64,000 nucleotides of DNA from Protoeuglena noctilucae (GCA_958009085.1 OY253682.1:310001-374000); one strand, 5' to 3'. Positions 13,769 through 26,845 are shown, counted from the first letter of the stretch. Program-made: numbers and translations. Notes: generated from the letters alone by a model not told the origin.

Positions 13769-14230
13769 ATGGACGCGGACGCCGATGCCGCGGACGCCCT
13801 TCAATTCCTCAGCGCCCCGGCTCCCCTGGAGCACGGCGCCGGGGTCGGGGCGGCTCCGGCGGGCGGGGCAGAGGGCGCCCCCGCGCTGGCCCCAATTGTC
13901 GAGCGGCTCAAGTGGGTGCAGTGCGACGCATGCCGCAAGTGGCGCATGATCCCCGCGTACATCGACGAGAACGACCTGCCCCAGAACTGGACCTGCCGGG
14001 ACAACCAGTGGGACCCGCTGCACAACACCTGCGAGGCGAGCCTGGGCACGCTTTGCCACGCACCCGGCCAGGCAGCCCGGCCGCGACGCCCCGCGGCGCA
14101 CGCTCACGGTCTACCCGCACTCCACCCGCAGGCGATTGAGCAAGGGGAGGACGAGCCTGACCACATCACGAATCCGCATCTGGCGGCGGCGCTCCTGCAG
14201 GGAGCCGCAGAGGCCGAGGCAGCGGCAGCT

Positions 14231-14267
<37 letters not shown>

Positions 14268-17200
14268 TCGACGCGGGACCGCGCGGCGGGGCGGGGACGG
14301 ACGAGGACGTCGACCCAGACGAGGACTTTGTCTTGGGATCGTCCGGGGGGAGGGCGGCACGCAAGAGCGCCCGGGCGCGCAACCCCCGCAGCCGCGCTTC
14401 CTCCCGCGGCGCCGGGGCCAAGGGCGGCGGGCGGGGCTCGCGCGCGGGCCGGTCGTCCCGGGGTGGCGGTGCGGGCGGTGCTGCCTCCCTGTCCGGCGCC
14501 CCCCGCGCCTCCCCCGGGGGCCACGGGGACTCGCTCCTGGACATCCTGAGCGCCGCGCAGGCGCTGGACGACGGCCCGCCGCGCCGCGCGCTGCCCAGCG
14601 TCCCCCGGGAGGTGCGCGCCTGGTGTCGCACGGGGCGCATCGTGTGGGCGAAAGTGGACGGCCACGCCTGGTGGCCCGCCAAGGTCATCCGCCGCCGCGC
14701 GGTCCCCTCGGATGTCCCGCCCCCGTGCCCCCCCGCCTCCGACGCCGTCCGCGCGCTCTTCCCCGCCATCTTCTTCACCCCGCGCGGCGTGCCGGGGGAC
14801 CCCACCGCCTGGCTTGCCGGCCCCGTGCATCTGCCCGGCGAGGACCACGCGGTGCCTTTGGATCGTGACGTCCCCGACGCCGAGTACGCCTGGCTGGACG
14901 CGGACAGCGTGCGGCCCTTTTTGATCGACGAGCACCACCCCGCCCACGACCCGCACCTGGCGGGGTCCATCGCGGCAGCCCAGCGGTACATCGAGGCAGA
15001 GCACACGGAGGCACAGCACATGTCGAGCTGGGACATGTCCGCGGAGCCGGAGCATCCGTCGGATTCGGATGGGGGCTGGGGGCCACCCCCAGAGATTATC
15101 GTGGCTGCGTATGCGGCCGGGGGGGCGCAGCACGGGGGGAGGCGGGGGGGCAGGAGGGGGCGCGGGAGGGGCAAGGCGTCGCGGAGCCGCGCGAGGCGAA
15201 GCGCGGCGCTCAGGTGGGGGATGTGATGGGTGGTGGTGCTGATGCTAAGTGCTGGGTGCGTTGTGGGTGCGGGGTGGGTGCGTGCCACTGGGTGGTATGG
15301 GTGCTGGTGCTTGTCCACTCATATGGTGGCACGTGGGTGCTGCGTCTCTATCACATGCTTGCCCATCGCCACTTAGCGATCCAGACCATCTCTGTTAGTG
15401 ACCATTCGCGTCCCTTCCCATCGCAGCATTGGGGAGGAGGACGAAGAGGAGGAGGCGCTCCCCTCTCCCCTGGGCGCCCCTGGGCCCACGGTGGAGGCGG
15501 TGCTGGGGTGGCGGCCCTTGCGACAAGCAGGCGAGTGGGGTGGGTTGTTGGGGTAGCAGTGGGTGAGGTGGGGCATTAAGAGCAGGCGACTGGGGTGGGG
15601 CATCAGGGGAGTGGGTGAGGTGGGGCGTCGGTGGCGGGTGGGGACGTGAGAGGGGGTGCAAGCAGGGAATATGCAGCTATCCAACGATGCCGTTTTGTTT
15701 AATAGCCACTATTATCGCGTGACAATGGGGTGGAGATGGTGCTGATAAAGTGACACATGACCATGACAGTCAAGCGACGCTCTCTCGCACGTGCAGATGG
15801 CGCGGAGGGTGCGCCCCTCGAGGGCCTGGATGGCGTGGAGGTGCTGGTGAAGTGGGCGGGCAAGAGCCACATCCACTCGGAGTGGATGGACGGGCCCTCG
15901 GCCGCGCGACTGGCGAGGCGCAAGGTCACGGCCTTCCTCGCGCGACACGCCAAGGAGCCGTGCTGCCTGCAGGACCCACAGGTGACTGTTTGCGAAAGTA
16001 GAGTGACTGTTTGTGTTATTGGGTGGCAGCCAGGGTCTGATATCACCCTAACCACCAGCTCTCCCACCCTACTTCATGTCCCATATGACCCACTCGCACC
16101 CACCCATCTCAATCCTTCCACCCCCAGTGGGTCATTCCCGAGTACTTCATCTCGCGCCGCCCCGCCATGGGCCGCCCCTGCTGGGAGGTCCTCGTCAAGT
16201 GGGCGGCACTCAGCTACGACCACTGCACGTGGGAGAGCGAAACGTCGCCCTTCATGCGACAGCCGCCCTTCACCGCCTTGCTCGCGGACCTGTGGAGCCT
16301 CCAGGCGCGCGTCATCAGCATCCACGCCCACCACGACCCTTCCCGCGACTGGGGCCTGTCCCTGGATCACGTGCGCCGACAGCCGCCCTTCGCCCGCGGC
16401 CCCGCGCTCCTCCCCCACCAGCGTGTCAACGCCGCCGCCCTCCTCCGCATCGCCCACCAGCGATCGGGCGCTTGCCTGGCCGATGAGGACGGCCTCGGCA
16501 AGGCGGCGACGGTCGCCGCGGCCGTGCAGGGGCTGCGGGAGCTTGCGGGGCGGTGCACCAAGCCGGTGCTGGTGGTGTCGTCGTTGTCGGGATTGGACCC
16601 CTGGGCATCGGAGCTGGCGCTCGCGAGGGGCGAGTCCGCGGCCGATTGCATCCGCGCGGAGCCGGACCCGGAGCCCGCCTGGGCCCGCCTGGCCCCGCGC
16701 CTGGCATCCAGGGTCGGCGCGCTGGGCCCCGACCTGCACCCGCGCTCGCACCGGTACGGCTTGCCGAGGCGGGGCGCGCGGGGGTGGCGCGACCGCGACC
16801 TGCCGATCCTGGTCTACCGCGGCAGCGCCCTGACGCGCGCGATTCTGGCGGAGGAGGAGCTGTGGCTGGAGCCGTGGTGCTTGGACGGGCGTGGGCCGTC
16901 CCGCGCACGCCCGCCCCCCTGGCTCAAGCAGCACCTGCCCGAGGTGTCTGCGGTGGTGGTGAGCCACGAGGCGGTGGTGGCGGACGCGGCTCTGTTCCGC
17001 CAGATCGACTGGCAGATGGTGGTGCTGGACGCCGAGGTGGAGGAGCGTCACCCGTCGATCGCGGCAAAGACCATGGACATCCTGCTCAGCCTGCGGTGAG
17101 TGGGGATGAGGAGTCATTGATGATTGATGGCAGGGGGGGGTGTGATCGTGGACATCCTGTTCAGCCTGCGGTGAGTGGAGAGGAGATTAACAAAGGGGAT

Positions 17201-20200
17201 GACGGATGGTACTGGTGCTGGTACTGTGCATGCCACCCTCGCAGCCACCCTCGCAGCCACCCTCCCACAACCCACCCTCTCACAACCCACCTCGCAAGCC
17301 ACCCTCTCACAACCCAACTCACAACTCACCCTTTACAGCCCACCTTCACAACCAGCACCACCTAAACCTGCCACCCACGCCCTCCCCCCCGCAGCACCGA
17401 GGCCCGCCTGCTCGTCAAGTCCCACCGCGGCCCATTCACCGACCTGGACGAGGCGTTCCGCCAGCTCTCCTTCCTGCGCCCCCACCTGCACGCGACCTGG
17501 GACGCGCTGGCGGCGGTGGCGGCGTCGACGTTTGGGGATTTGGACCCGGAGCTGGGGCGGTGCATGGCGCTGGAACAAGAACTGCGGCAGCTAAGCCTCG
17601 GGTGAGACGAGGGAGTGGTCAGGGGCAGTGGGTTGCTATGCAGGGGTTGCAGGTAAGAAGTGGTGTCGAATCGCGCATGTGCATGGGAAGCGATGGGAAG
17701 CCACGAGTAAGACAGGTCACGATGACTCACATACCCCAACCCCCTCACACCCCCCCCCCCCCCCCCGCAGCTTCCGCCGCCGCGCCGTGACCCGCGCCCC
17801 TCCCCTGACCCTCGAGGTAGCCGTGCCCGTGCGGCCCTCACCTTTCCAAGCCCAGTGCTACCGAGAGACAATGCTCCGCGCCCACGACATCCTGGCCGAC
17901 CACCGGCGGCAGCGCTACTCGGGGCAGCGCGTGGCGCAGCTGCGGGGGGTGCTGGAGGATCTGGTTTCGGTGTGCTCGCATCCGGCGGCGGCGCCTGGGG
18001 TGTTGCCGGATACGGGGGGCGACGACGGGGAGCTGCCGTGCGCGGTGCGGGCCGTGGAGGTGGTGGGCATGGCGGGGTTCCTGGGGTTCCTGTGGTGAGG
18101 GATGGAAGGGGGGTGGTATTTGATGGGATGGGATGGATGTCATGGCATGGTGGGGTTGATGGGGTTCTTTTTGTGGTGAGCGATACATGGGTGGGGATGG
18201 CATGGGATGGTATATGATTGCAGAGCATGGCGTGGTAGGGGTATCGTTGTGGTGCATGAAGCGTCGTCACTGCACTGCGACTGGATGTGAGCAACGTCAC
18301 CCCGTGACTGCCAATGGATACCCACCATGCTCTCACCCGATCCAATGCATTAGCACATGAGTGATGCAACGCACCCCACCCCACAAAACCCATCCCCACC
18401 CCACCCCCGACCCCCCCGCAGCGACCACGGCAGCGCCAAGGTGTCTGCCCTGACAGACATGCTGCGAGTGTACCGATCCATGGGACAGAAGGTCCTCGTC
18501 GTCTCTTCCTTCGACGCCACCCTCGCCGCCGCATGGGTCGCCGTCACCCACTGCTTTGGGGCAGGTGCCGCCACTTGCGCCCCCTCCACCGCCCCATCCG
18601 ACGCTCACCTACGCGCCCTGCACCGATTCCGCGGCTGCTCCGATCGGTCCGTGAGGCTCTTCGCGGGGAAGGCAGCCGCCCTCGCGCGCGTCTCGATGCG
18701 GGGGAGGGACCGCAAGGTGGCCAGGACGGGGGAGGGAGGGGTCGCGATGGATGCGCACGACAGCAAGGGGCAGGGAGCGTCGCCGGAGGCTGGGGCGGGT
18801 GCTGGTTCGGTGGGCGAGCGGGGAGAGGAGATGTGGGAGGGGTCGCGGGGTGGAGACGCGGAGATGGAGGCGGGTGGGGTGCCGATGCGTGGGGACAGCG
18901 ACGACGACGGTGGCGGGGGCGAGGGCGAGGGCGGGCGCGGGGAGGGGGAGGGTGGCGCGGGCGCGGCGCTGCAGGCGCTGGCGGCGGGGGAGGCGCGCGG
19001 CGGCGTCGCGGAGGCGTCCGGTCGCGGCGCAGGCGATGGGGTCTCACCCCGGGATGGGACCAGTCGCAGGGCCAAGCGCCGGCGGGGGAGCCGGCGAGGC
19101 TCTAGGAAGGGGCAGGGCGACGGGCGGGCCCAGGCGGTGGTGGGGCGCGTGTTGCGGGAGGCGCGGCGCGCGGCGCGGGCCGGGGGAGAGGATGAGAGCT
19201 TGGCGGAGCCTGGGGTGGTGGCGGCACGGCTCGCAATGCTGGCGGAGTGGCTGGAGGCTCGGGAGGGGCGGGAGGAGGGGCGGCGAGGGGCGGGGAGGGA
19301 CGCGGGGGCGGGGCTGGCGGAGGTGGAGGCGGCGATCAAGGCCTGGGGCAAGTCGCGGCGGGGCGGGGAGCGGGGACGCGGGGCGGGCGAGGGTGGCGGC
19401 GAGGGGCGGAGAGGGGTTAGAGCAAACGACGGGGACGCGTCGCTGGGATCGCGGGGCGCAGAGGACATGGCGACGGCGCTGGCGATGGCGTATGCGGCGG
19501 GGGAGAGCGCAGCGGTGGCTGTGGGGGGTGAGGCGGCGGGTGCGGACGGCAGTGACGGCGTTGCTGCGCTGGCGGAGGCGGTGGCGGCGGCTTTGGACGC
19601 ATGGGGATCCCCGGCGGGGCCTCGATTGGACGCCGAGGTGGATTTTCTGTCGGATGCGGGGCTGGGTGACGGTGAGGATGGGGCGTGGGCGGGCGCGATG
19701 TCTGGCGGGTCGTCCGATAATGAGGGGGACGAGGGGTGGGGGCCGCCGCCGTCGAATCTGGCATCGGAGGCGCCGTCCGACGGAGAGGGTGTTGCAACCG
19801 GGGACGGGGGAGCGTGGGGTGGGGCAGAGGGGGGTGAGGGCGAGGGCGAGAGTGAGGGCTTCTGGCGGCAGGTGCGGGAGCTGCTGGGGTCGCCGGGGGT
19901 CACTCCGCCGGAGCAGCTGCAGCGGTATGCGCGCGTGGGGGAGCTCTGCCGGGAGCGGTGGGGCGAGGGCGACTGGTGGGCGCGGGTGAGACCGTACACA
20001 GTCGCACCCCCAAGGCGGTTTCCTGGGAGCCAAGCCAAGGGAGCTGGGGAGCCCAGCAGTGGGGACGGGGTGGCCGGTGCTTGGGTGGAGGCGTTACGGG
20101 GCGTGGTGGAGTCGATGGGGGGGCGGGAGGCGGGGGCGGCGGGGGCGTGTGTGGGGCACACGAGCGCGGGTGACGGGGAGGGCGGTGGTGGGGCGGTGCG

Positions 20201-23200
20201 GGAGCCGTTCGTCTTCCTGACGCATCCGCGGCACCTGGGTCTCGCCACGGACCTCTCCTGCGTGGGGGCGGTGGTGGTGCTGGACGGGGTGGGGAGCGGG
20301 GGGGAGGAGTGGCGCGCGCTGGGGCGGGCGTTGGGGCTGGGCCCCGCCTCTCACCGCCACGCGATGCCCGTGTACCGCCTCTACTGCAAGGGCACCGTCG
20401 AGGAGCGCATGCTCTGGGCCAACCAGCACGACGAGGTGAGGAGTTTCAGTTTGTGTGTTTGTGTGTGTGTGTTGCCATCGGTGCTATCTGTGAACGCTTC
20501 ATGTGACTCGTGGCGATAGAGAGCGGATGGTGTTGTCATTATCACTAAGATGGGGTTCGCTACCTTCTCATTGGATTTGATAATAAGCATGTTTGAATGC
20601 TTCGGTGTCGGTGTGCACACCTTGCTAACACCAACTGTGACCTACCTTACCAACCCCCCACCTCCCCCGCAGCTGGCGGCCGCCCTGGCGCAGGTGGGCC
20701 CGGGCCCGATGTCGAATTCGCGAGTGGGCGCTGCGATTGAGGACTCCCTGCGATTCGGGACCACGTGGGTGTTCCACGACCCCCCAGCTGCGGCGGCAGA
20801 GGGTGGGGATGCGGGTGCGGGTGCGGATGCGGGTGCGGGTGGTGGTGCGGGTGGGGCTGCTGCAGAGGGCGGGGATGCGGGGGTTGATGCTCGCGTGGCG
20901 GATGGGAATGGGCAAGCCGAGGGCGAGGGGGCAGCGATGGAGGTGGAGGGGACTGCGCGTGAGGTTGGGCTGGGTGGGGGTGGGGGCGGTGCGAAAGAGG
21001 GCGGGGGGTTGGTGGAGGCAGCGGGAGGGGAAGGGGGAGCACCGGGGAGCACTGGGGTCGCTGGGGGTGATGTGGAGATGGAGGGTGGAGGTGACGGTGT
21101 GGGTGCGGGTGGCAGTGCGGGTGCGGACATGCCCCGGGCTGTGAAAACGGAGGGCGGCGCTGAGGGTGGCGCAGCTGTGGCGCCTGGCGACGAGGGCGGC
21201 GTGGCTGTCACCGATGCTTCTCCCGCAGAGGCGCACGAGGGGCAGGCCAAGCCGCAGGCGGATGCAGAAGCCGAGGGTGGTGGTGCAGCCAAGGCCATCT
21301 CAGAGAGCCAGGCAGAGGAGGGCATGCAAGCAGAGGCCACCCCAGCAGATGGCATGCAGGGTACCCAAGCAGAGGGCACGCAGTCAGAGGGTGGCACCCA
21401 ACCAAAGGGCGCTGAAGCAGAGGCCACGCCAGCCGAGGGTGATGGGGATGCCCCAGCAGAGTCGGAATCTGAAGAGGATGCGATCGCCAGGGGCCTGGAC
21501 GCATGCACCGCAGACGACGCCTCTCAGCTGGCAGTGGCACTGGCGACCGACCTGGCGGCGCTGTGTGCGTTGCAGGTCCCCCCGCCCCTCTGGCCCACGC
21601 TGCCGCCCGGGCGCGGCGGCGCGTGGGGCGCGCTGTGCGAGGCGTTCCGCTGCGATCGCGACGGCATCCTCGCCGCCCTGCGCCGGGCAGCAACAGTCGT
21701 GCAGGTGCGGCGGGTGCGCTTGGCCGGCCCTGCCCCAGAGTCCGCTGACCCAAGGGAGCGCGCGAGGGCCTACCAGGACGCCCTGGGCCGCAAGCGCTCC
21801 GGGCGCGGCGGGGCGGCGGCCGCGGGGGCGGACGGGGAGCCAGAGCGGCCGTCGGGGCGGTCGAGAGACACGGGCGTGGACACGCCTTCAGTGGGCCAGA
21901 GTGCGGAGTTCTGGTCTGACCTGCTGCTGCCGAGAATGGCGGCGTGGCAGGCCGCGGAGGCGGAGGCGGAGCGGCTGCTGCGGGGGGGTGCGGGGGATGG
22001 CGAGGGTGGGGACGGCGACGGTGCGGGTGCGGGTGGGGGTGCTGATGATGGCAGGGCGGATGGGGGGCTGTATACAGAAGAGCCCACGCCCCGGACTGCG
22101 GCGGACGTGGCTCCCAACGGCGACGACTCCCCGCAGCAGGACACGGCATACGCGGCGCCCAGGTGAGGGGTGGGGTGGATGGGGAGGTGGGATTGGTTGC
22201 GTGTGGGGGGGGGTGTGAGGTGACGGCGGGAAGTGGGGGGTTTGGCGGTAGCTATCAATCGACACTCGTATTGGCTATCATTGAATGACCTTGCCGCCGT
22301 CTCTGTTGATCTGTATCTCTCTGTCTCCTAGTCACCCACCTCGTCACCCCTCTCTCTCCTCTCTCGATCCCCAGGTCCAACCGCGGGGGCCGCCGCCGTC
22401 GCCTGGACACATCGATGGTTGCAGCGGAGGAGGCGACCGAGGACGGGGCTCACGGGGCGGCGCCGGACCCGGAGCCCAGGCCCAAGCGGAGGCGGGGGCA
22501 GCGGGGGGCGGCGGCGGCAGCGGCGACGGTGGCGGTGGAAGCGACACCGTCACAGATCGAAGAGGTGAGGGGTACACGGGGATGGGACAGGTATAGGTAG
22601 ATGTGTATATGCAATTTGTGCTCGCTGTCTCTTGCCTGTGCGGTGCGCCTTCGCAGAGCAGCGAGGCCGTACGTCACCCCACCCCCGCTTACCACCTCAA
22701 ACCCACCCCACCCACCCACCGCAGTTCGCCCGCGAGCGCATGTGGTTCATGGAGGAGATGCACCGCCGCGACGCCATGCTCCAGGCCATCCAGGACCCAT
22801 CCACACCGGAGGGTGCCGTGGCGATGCGGGCGCACGAGAGGCTGGCCGTTATTGCTGCGGACGTGGGGATGGACGCGCACACGCTGCAGGTGAGGGGCGG
22901 TGGGGTGATGGGAGGAGATGATGGCTGTGATGAGGAGTGGAGGTGTTAGAGGGTGGGCACGACGTGCACATGCTGCAGGTGAGGGGTGGGTTGATGATGG
23001 GGGATTATGGGTGTAATGGCAGAGGTTGTGGCAGTGGGGGGAGACAAGCCAGCGCTTACGATTGCCCTTCCCTATATGCAATGCGGTTTGATCCATTAGT
23101 AATCACTCTTGCCTCGCGCCTCACCTCTCCCGGCCTTGTGACCCGCCCTCTCATTCCCTCCACCACACACCCACACCCCCACCCACACCCCCCCCCCCCC

Positions 23201-26200
23201 CCCCCCCCTCCTCCCCCCCAGGTGGCCCAGCAGGCCGCCGAGGTCCTCCTCCTAATGCGCCCCGAGGGAGAGCCCGTCTCCGACTTCCAAGACTACACCG
23301 TCATCACCCTGGCAGCCGTCGCCGCCCACCTCACCGGCGCCGCTCGCCTGGGCCGCGCCTCGGTCGCTGCTCTGACGGACACGTACGGCCACGACCCCAC
23401 GGCCCTGGAGCAGGTATTCCACCACGTCGTGCACATCCTGGCCTACTTCCGCTCCCTCTGCATCCGGCGGCATGTCCTGGCGGACGAATCGGCACTCGAG
23501 CACGCCCAAGCGCTGGCGAGGGCGCAGGGCGCGCAGGGGCCGGGCGGGGCGGCGGCGTTGCTGGAGGGCCTGGCGCGCGCGGGGCAGCCCCCCGAGCCCG
23601 TCGTGCAGACGGTGGTTAAGTCGGAACTGGACGACTTTGGGGCGAGGATCCTCGAGCTGGCCACCGTTGACCTGCCGGAGCCACAGGCGAGGGACGGTGT
23701 GGATGGAGTGAAGGAGTTGAGTTGAAATAGCTGTCCATAGCTGCAGGCGAGTGGTGGATGCATGGGAAGTATATCTGCCGGAGCCACAGGTGACGCCACG
23801 GGTGGATGGGAGGTGGTTTGCTGGAACATGGGGAAGGCTGGCGTTGGGTGCGGGCATGGGCTAGCACATCTCTTTCCACCCACCCCACCCACCTCTCGCA
23901 CTTCCCTCACCCTCACCCCCACACCCACCCCACCTACGCCCACCTGCCCTTCTCCCACACCCACTTCACACCCACCTCCCCTGCTCCCCTCACCCCATAC
24001 CCCACCCGCCACCCACACCCCACACCACACCTCACCCCTACCCCCCCTCCCCAACCCCCGCAGCCCGTCCCCCTAAGCGACGACCCGGCCGAGTCTCTGG
24101 CCGCCCTGCGATCCCAGCAGCGGCAGCTGGAGGCCGCATTCAAAGAGCGAATGGCGTCGCTGCAAGCCGAGTACCAGGCGTTCGCCCAGGCCATGCAGCA
24201 GGGGCTGGTGCGGGTGTGGAGCGCGGCCATCGCCCCGCTCAACCAGACGTACCAGCGCCTATCGGGGGCACTCAACAAGGAAGCGGCGTGGGCGGAGGCG
24301 GCGGTGGAGGCCCGAAACAAAGCCCAAGCGCAGGCACAAGCGCAGGCACAGGCGCGGGCGAGGGCGGAGCAGCAAGCGCTGGCGATGATGGCCAAAGCCG
24401 AACAGCAACACCAGCAACATCAGCATCATCACCCGCACTCGCACCAGCAGCATGCGGTGGGGTGGACGGGGCAGGGCGGGCAGGGCGCGGCGTCCGGTGC
24501 GGGTGGCTCGGTGGGTATATCTGCAGGGGCGGGGGCCATGGCGATGCCGGTGGGGATGGCGCTGCCAGGGCAGCTGGCCGTCAGCATGTCTATGGAGGAC
24601 CTCTCCCGCGCCTTCCAGATCCAGCAGATGCAGGCGAGAAGGGGTTTCGTGTGAAGGGGACTGGATGTGTGCGGTGCGATGGGATGGGGTGGGGTGTGCG
24701 TGCTCACATGCACACCAATTGCGCCGCAACTGCCTAGCCACTTTCACGCTGTCTTGCACTAGAGACGTTCACATCATCGCTCTCCACATGACCGCCCTCA
24801 CCCCGCTCACTCGCCCGATCCCCATCTCGCCCCCGCAGCACCTGGTGCAGATGCAGATGGGTCGGGGCCTGGTCCTGCCGGCCCAACTGACGCTGTCGCC
24901 GCAGAACCAACAGCAGGTGCTGAAGCAGCTACAGGAGATGCAAGCACAGGCCCAGTCGCAGGCGCAAGCACAGGCCGCGGACGCCCCATCCCGCCAGGCA
25001 CCCCCGCAAGGCCCCGCGTCACCCACACCGGCCATACCCACCGCCACGCCCGCCGCCTCACCTGCTGCCACTCCCGCGAGCAATGCCGCGCATGCGGACG
25101 AGGACCGCAAGCCCTCTCCCGCGCGCACTGCGGGGGCACCAGCGGCGGCGACGCAGGCCCCCGCGCCCGCCCCTGCGCTGTCCACTGCGCAGTTGGCAGC
25201 CCCCGCCCCCACGCCCGCCTCCGCCCCCGCCGCTGCCCCCGGCGCGGCCTCGACTCAGCGGGCGGGAGTCCAGGAGGCGGGGGCGGAGGGTCCCTCAGTG
25301 GGTCCCATGCCTGTCCCTGCAGCCGCGGCAGGCGAGGGTCCCAAGGCAGGTGCGATGACGACGAATGCGGTCGCTGTGCATACCCAGTCGCCCCCGCCGC
25401 GTGTGGGTGGCAGCCACGTTGCAGGGTCGCCGGCTGCACGCGGGGTGGGGGCGGAAGCGAGCGGGGATGCGCTGGGCCCGGCGGGGATGGGAGTGGGAGT
25501 GGGAGTGGGAGTGGGGGTGTCACGTGTGAACGGGGCACCGGCTGCCACGCCTGAGCCATCTCCGGGGCCGGACCGCCCAGCGGCGGCCGTCGACAGCTCC
25601 CCAGCGGCCCAGGCGTCTGTGCAGGGGTCGAATCTGGGTGGCGCGGTGGCGGTAGAGGCCCCTGGGGGTCATGGCGAGGCAGGCACGGGTGCGGCTGCGG
25701 CTGCGGGTGGGGCATCGCAGGGTCCGTCGGCCCCGCTGCCGGCCGCGGCGTCCGCCGTCGTCCCGGGCGGGGAGGGCGGCGAGATCGGCGCGGCGCCTGC
25801 CACGGCCGCGAGCGCTGCGACGGCGGGGGAGGCTGCGGTGGCCGGTCCGGAAGCAAGGACTGGGGCCGGTGATGGCCGAGCGGACCGCCCCGCAGCGACG
25901 GAAGCGGCCAGCGCTGCGCCAGGTTCGGATCCCGGCCCCGCTTTGTCGCCCGCCGTCGCCCCGGCCGATGCCCAGCCGCCGTCAGGGGCGCCGCCCTCTG
26001 CCACAACAGGCGACGGCGCGAGCGGGACGCACGCGCATGCGCCAGGGGACCCAGCGGCGCAGGGGACTGCGGGGCCGATCACTGGCGATGCCGCGGGTGC
26101 TTCAGAGGCCCCGGCGGCTGACCCGACGCCGTCGTCGCACGCGGGCGCTGCTCCCTCAGTCGCCCTGCCCGGCTCGCCCTCTACGGGGAAGCTCAAAGTG

Positions 26201-26845
26201 AAAATCCGCGGGCTCGCGGGCGGTGGCTCGCGGGGCAAGAAGCGCGTCGCGGACGCGGCGGCGACGGCGGCGGGGTCGGTGGGTGGCGAGGAGGGGGCGC
26301 GTGGCGGGGTGGCGAATGTCGGTGCAGACACAACGACGGGTCCCGCGAATGCCAACGCCGCTGCCGGCCCCGCGGCTCTGCCCGCGGTGTCGTCGGCCGC
26401 GGGGATGCCTGCGAGCGGGGTTGCGAGGGAGGGGGTGGAGGGGGATACGGGCGGCAGGGCTGGTGATGAGCGGGGCGGGGCGGGCGGGGCAGCTGTGAGG
26501 GTGGCGCCGCTGGGGGTCCCGGAGCAGGCCTTGGAGAGCGACGGTGCCACGGAGGCCGCGACGCCGACCTTCCGGTTCCCGTCTGTCACTGCCAGCCCGC
26601 TGCTGTCGCCCCAGGTAAGATGCAAGGCAGGGGGCAGGGTGAGGTGTGGAGGGTGGCGTGGCGCCCGATTCACGCTCCCCGCGATGCCCTCTGTGCAGAT
26701 GACGCGGGCGGTGCCTTCGGACGCGCCGGCCGGCAAGGCAGCGGGGGCGGAGGGCACGACGGGGACCGGAGGGGCGGTCAGTGCGGCAGCCCAGAGTGGC
26801 GGGGACACCCCCAACGGCGACCACGCGCCCGGCGAGCTCTCCTAG
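13769..26845 (+). CDS. Large CHD-like chromatin protein: zf-CW + PWWP + two chromodomains + degenerate SNF2 lobes + coiled-coil/Q-rich and Ala/Pro-rich C-terminus
   Basis: zf-CW: KWVQCDACRKWR...WTCRDNQWDPLHNTCE. PWWP: IVWAKVDGHAWWPAKV. Chromodomains: VLVKWAGKSHIHSEW and VLVKWAALSYDHCTWE. SNF2-like: LLPHQ...CLADEDGLGKA, LEDLVSVCSHP, SAKVSALTDML...GQKVLVVS, FVFLTHPRHLGL, VYRLYCKGTVEERML. Many introns; full exon chain not verified and two genes cannot be excluded. Confidence 0.75.
14219..14266 (+). repeat. Coding (GCG)n poly-alanine tract
   Basis: Run of GCG/GCA/GCT codons in the CHD-like exon. Confidence 0.8.
17232..17310 (+). repeat. Intronic 12-13 bp minisatellite (GCCACCCTCGCA-like)
   Basis: Tandem gccaccctcgca / acccaccctctcaca units in a CHD-like intron. 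Confidence 0.65.

Noticed and set aside
14104..26814. Long antisense and alternative-frame ORFs (e.g. 14104-15318, 18605-20248, 24807-26006, 25669-26814)
   Set aside because: These are Pro/Arg/Ala-rich shadows of real GC-rich exons, caused by stop-codon scarcity, with no recognisable motifs.
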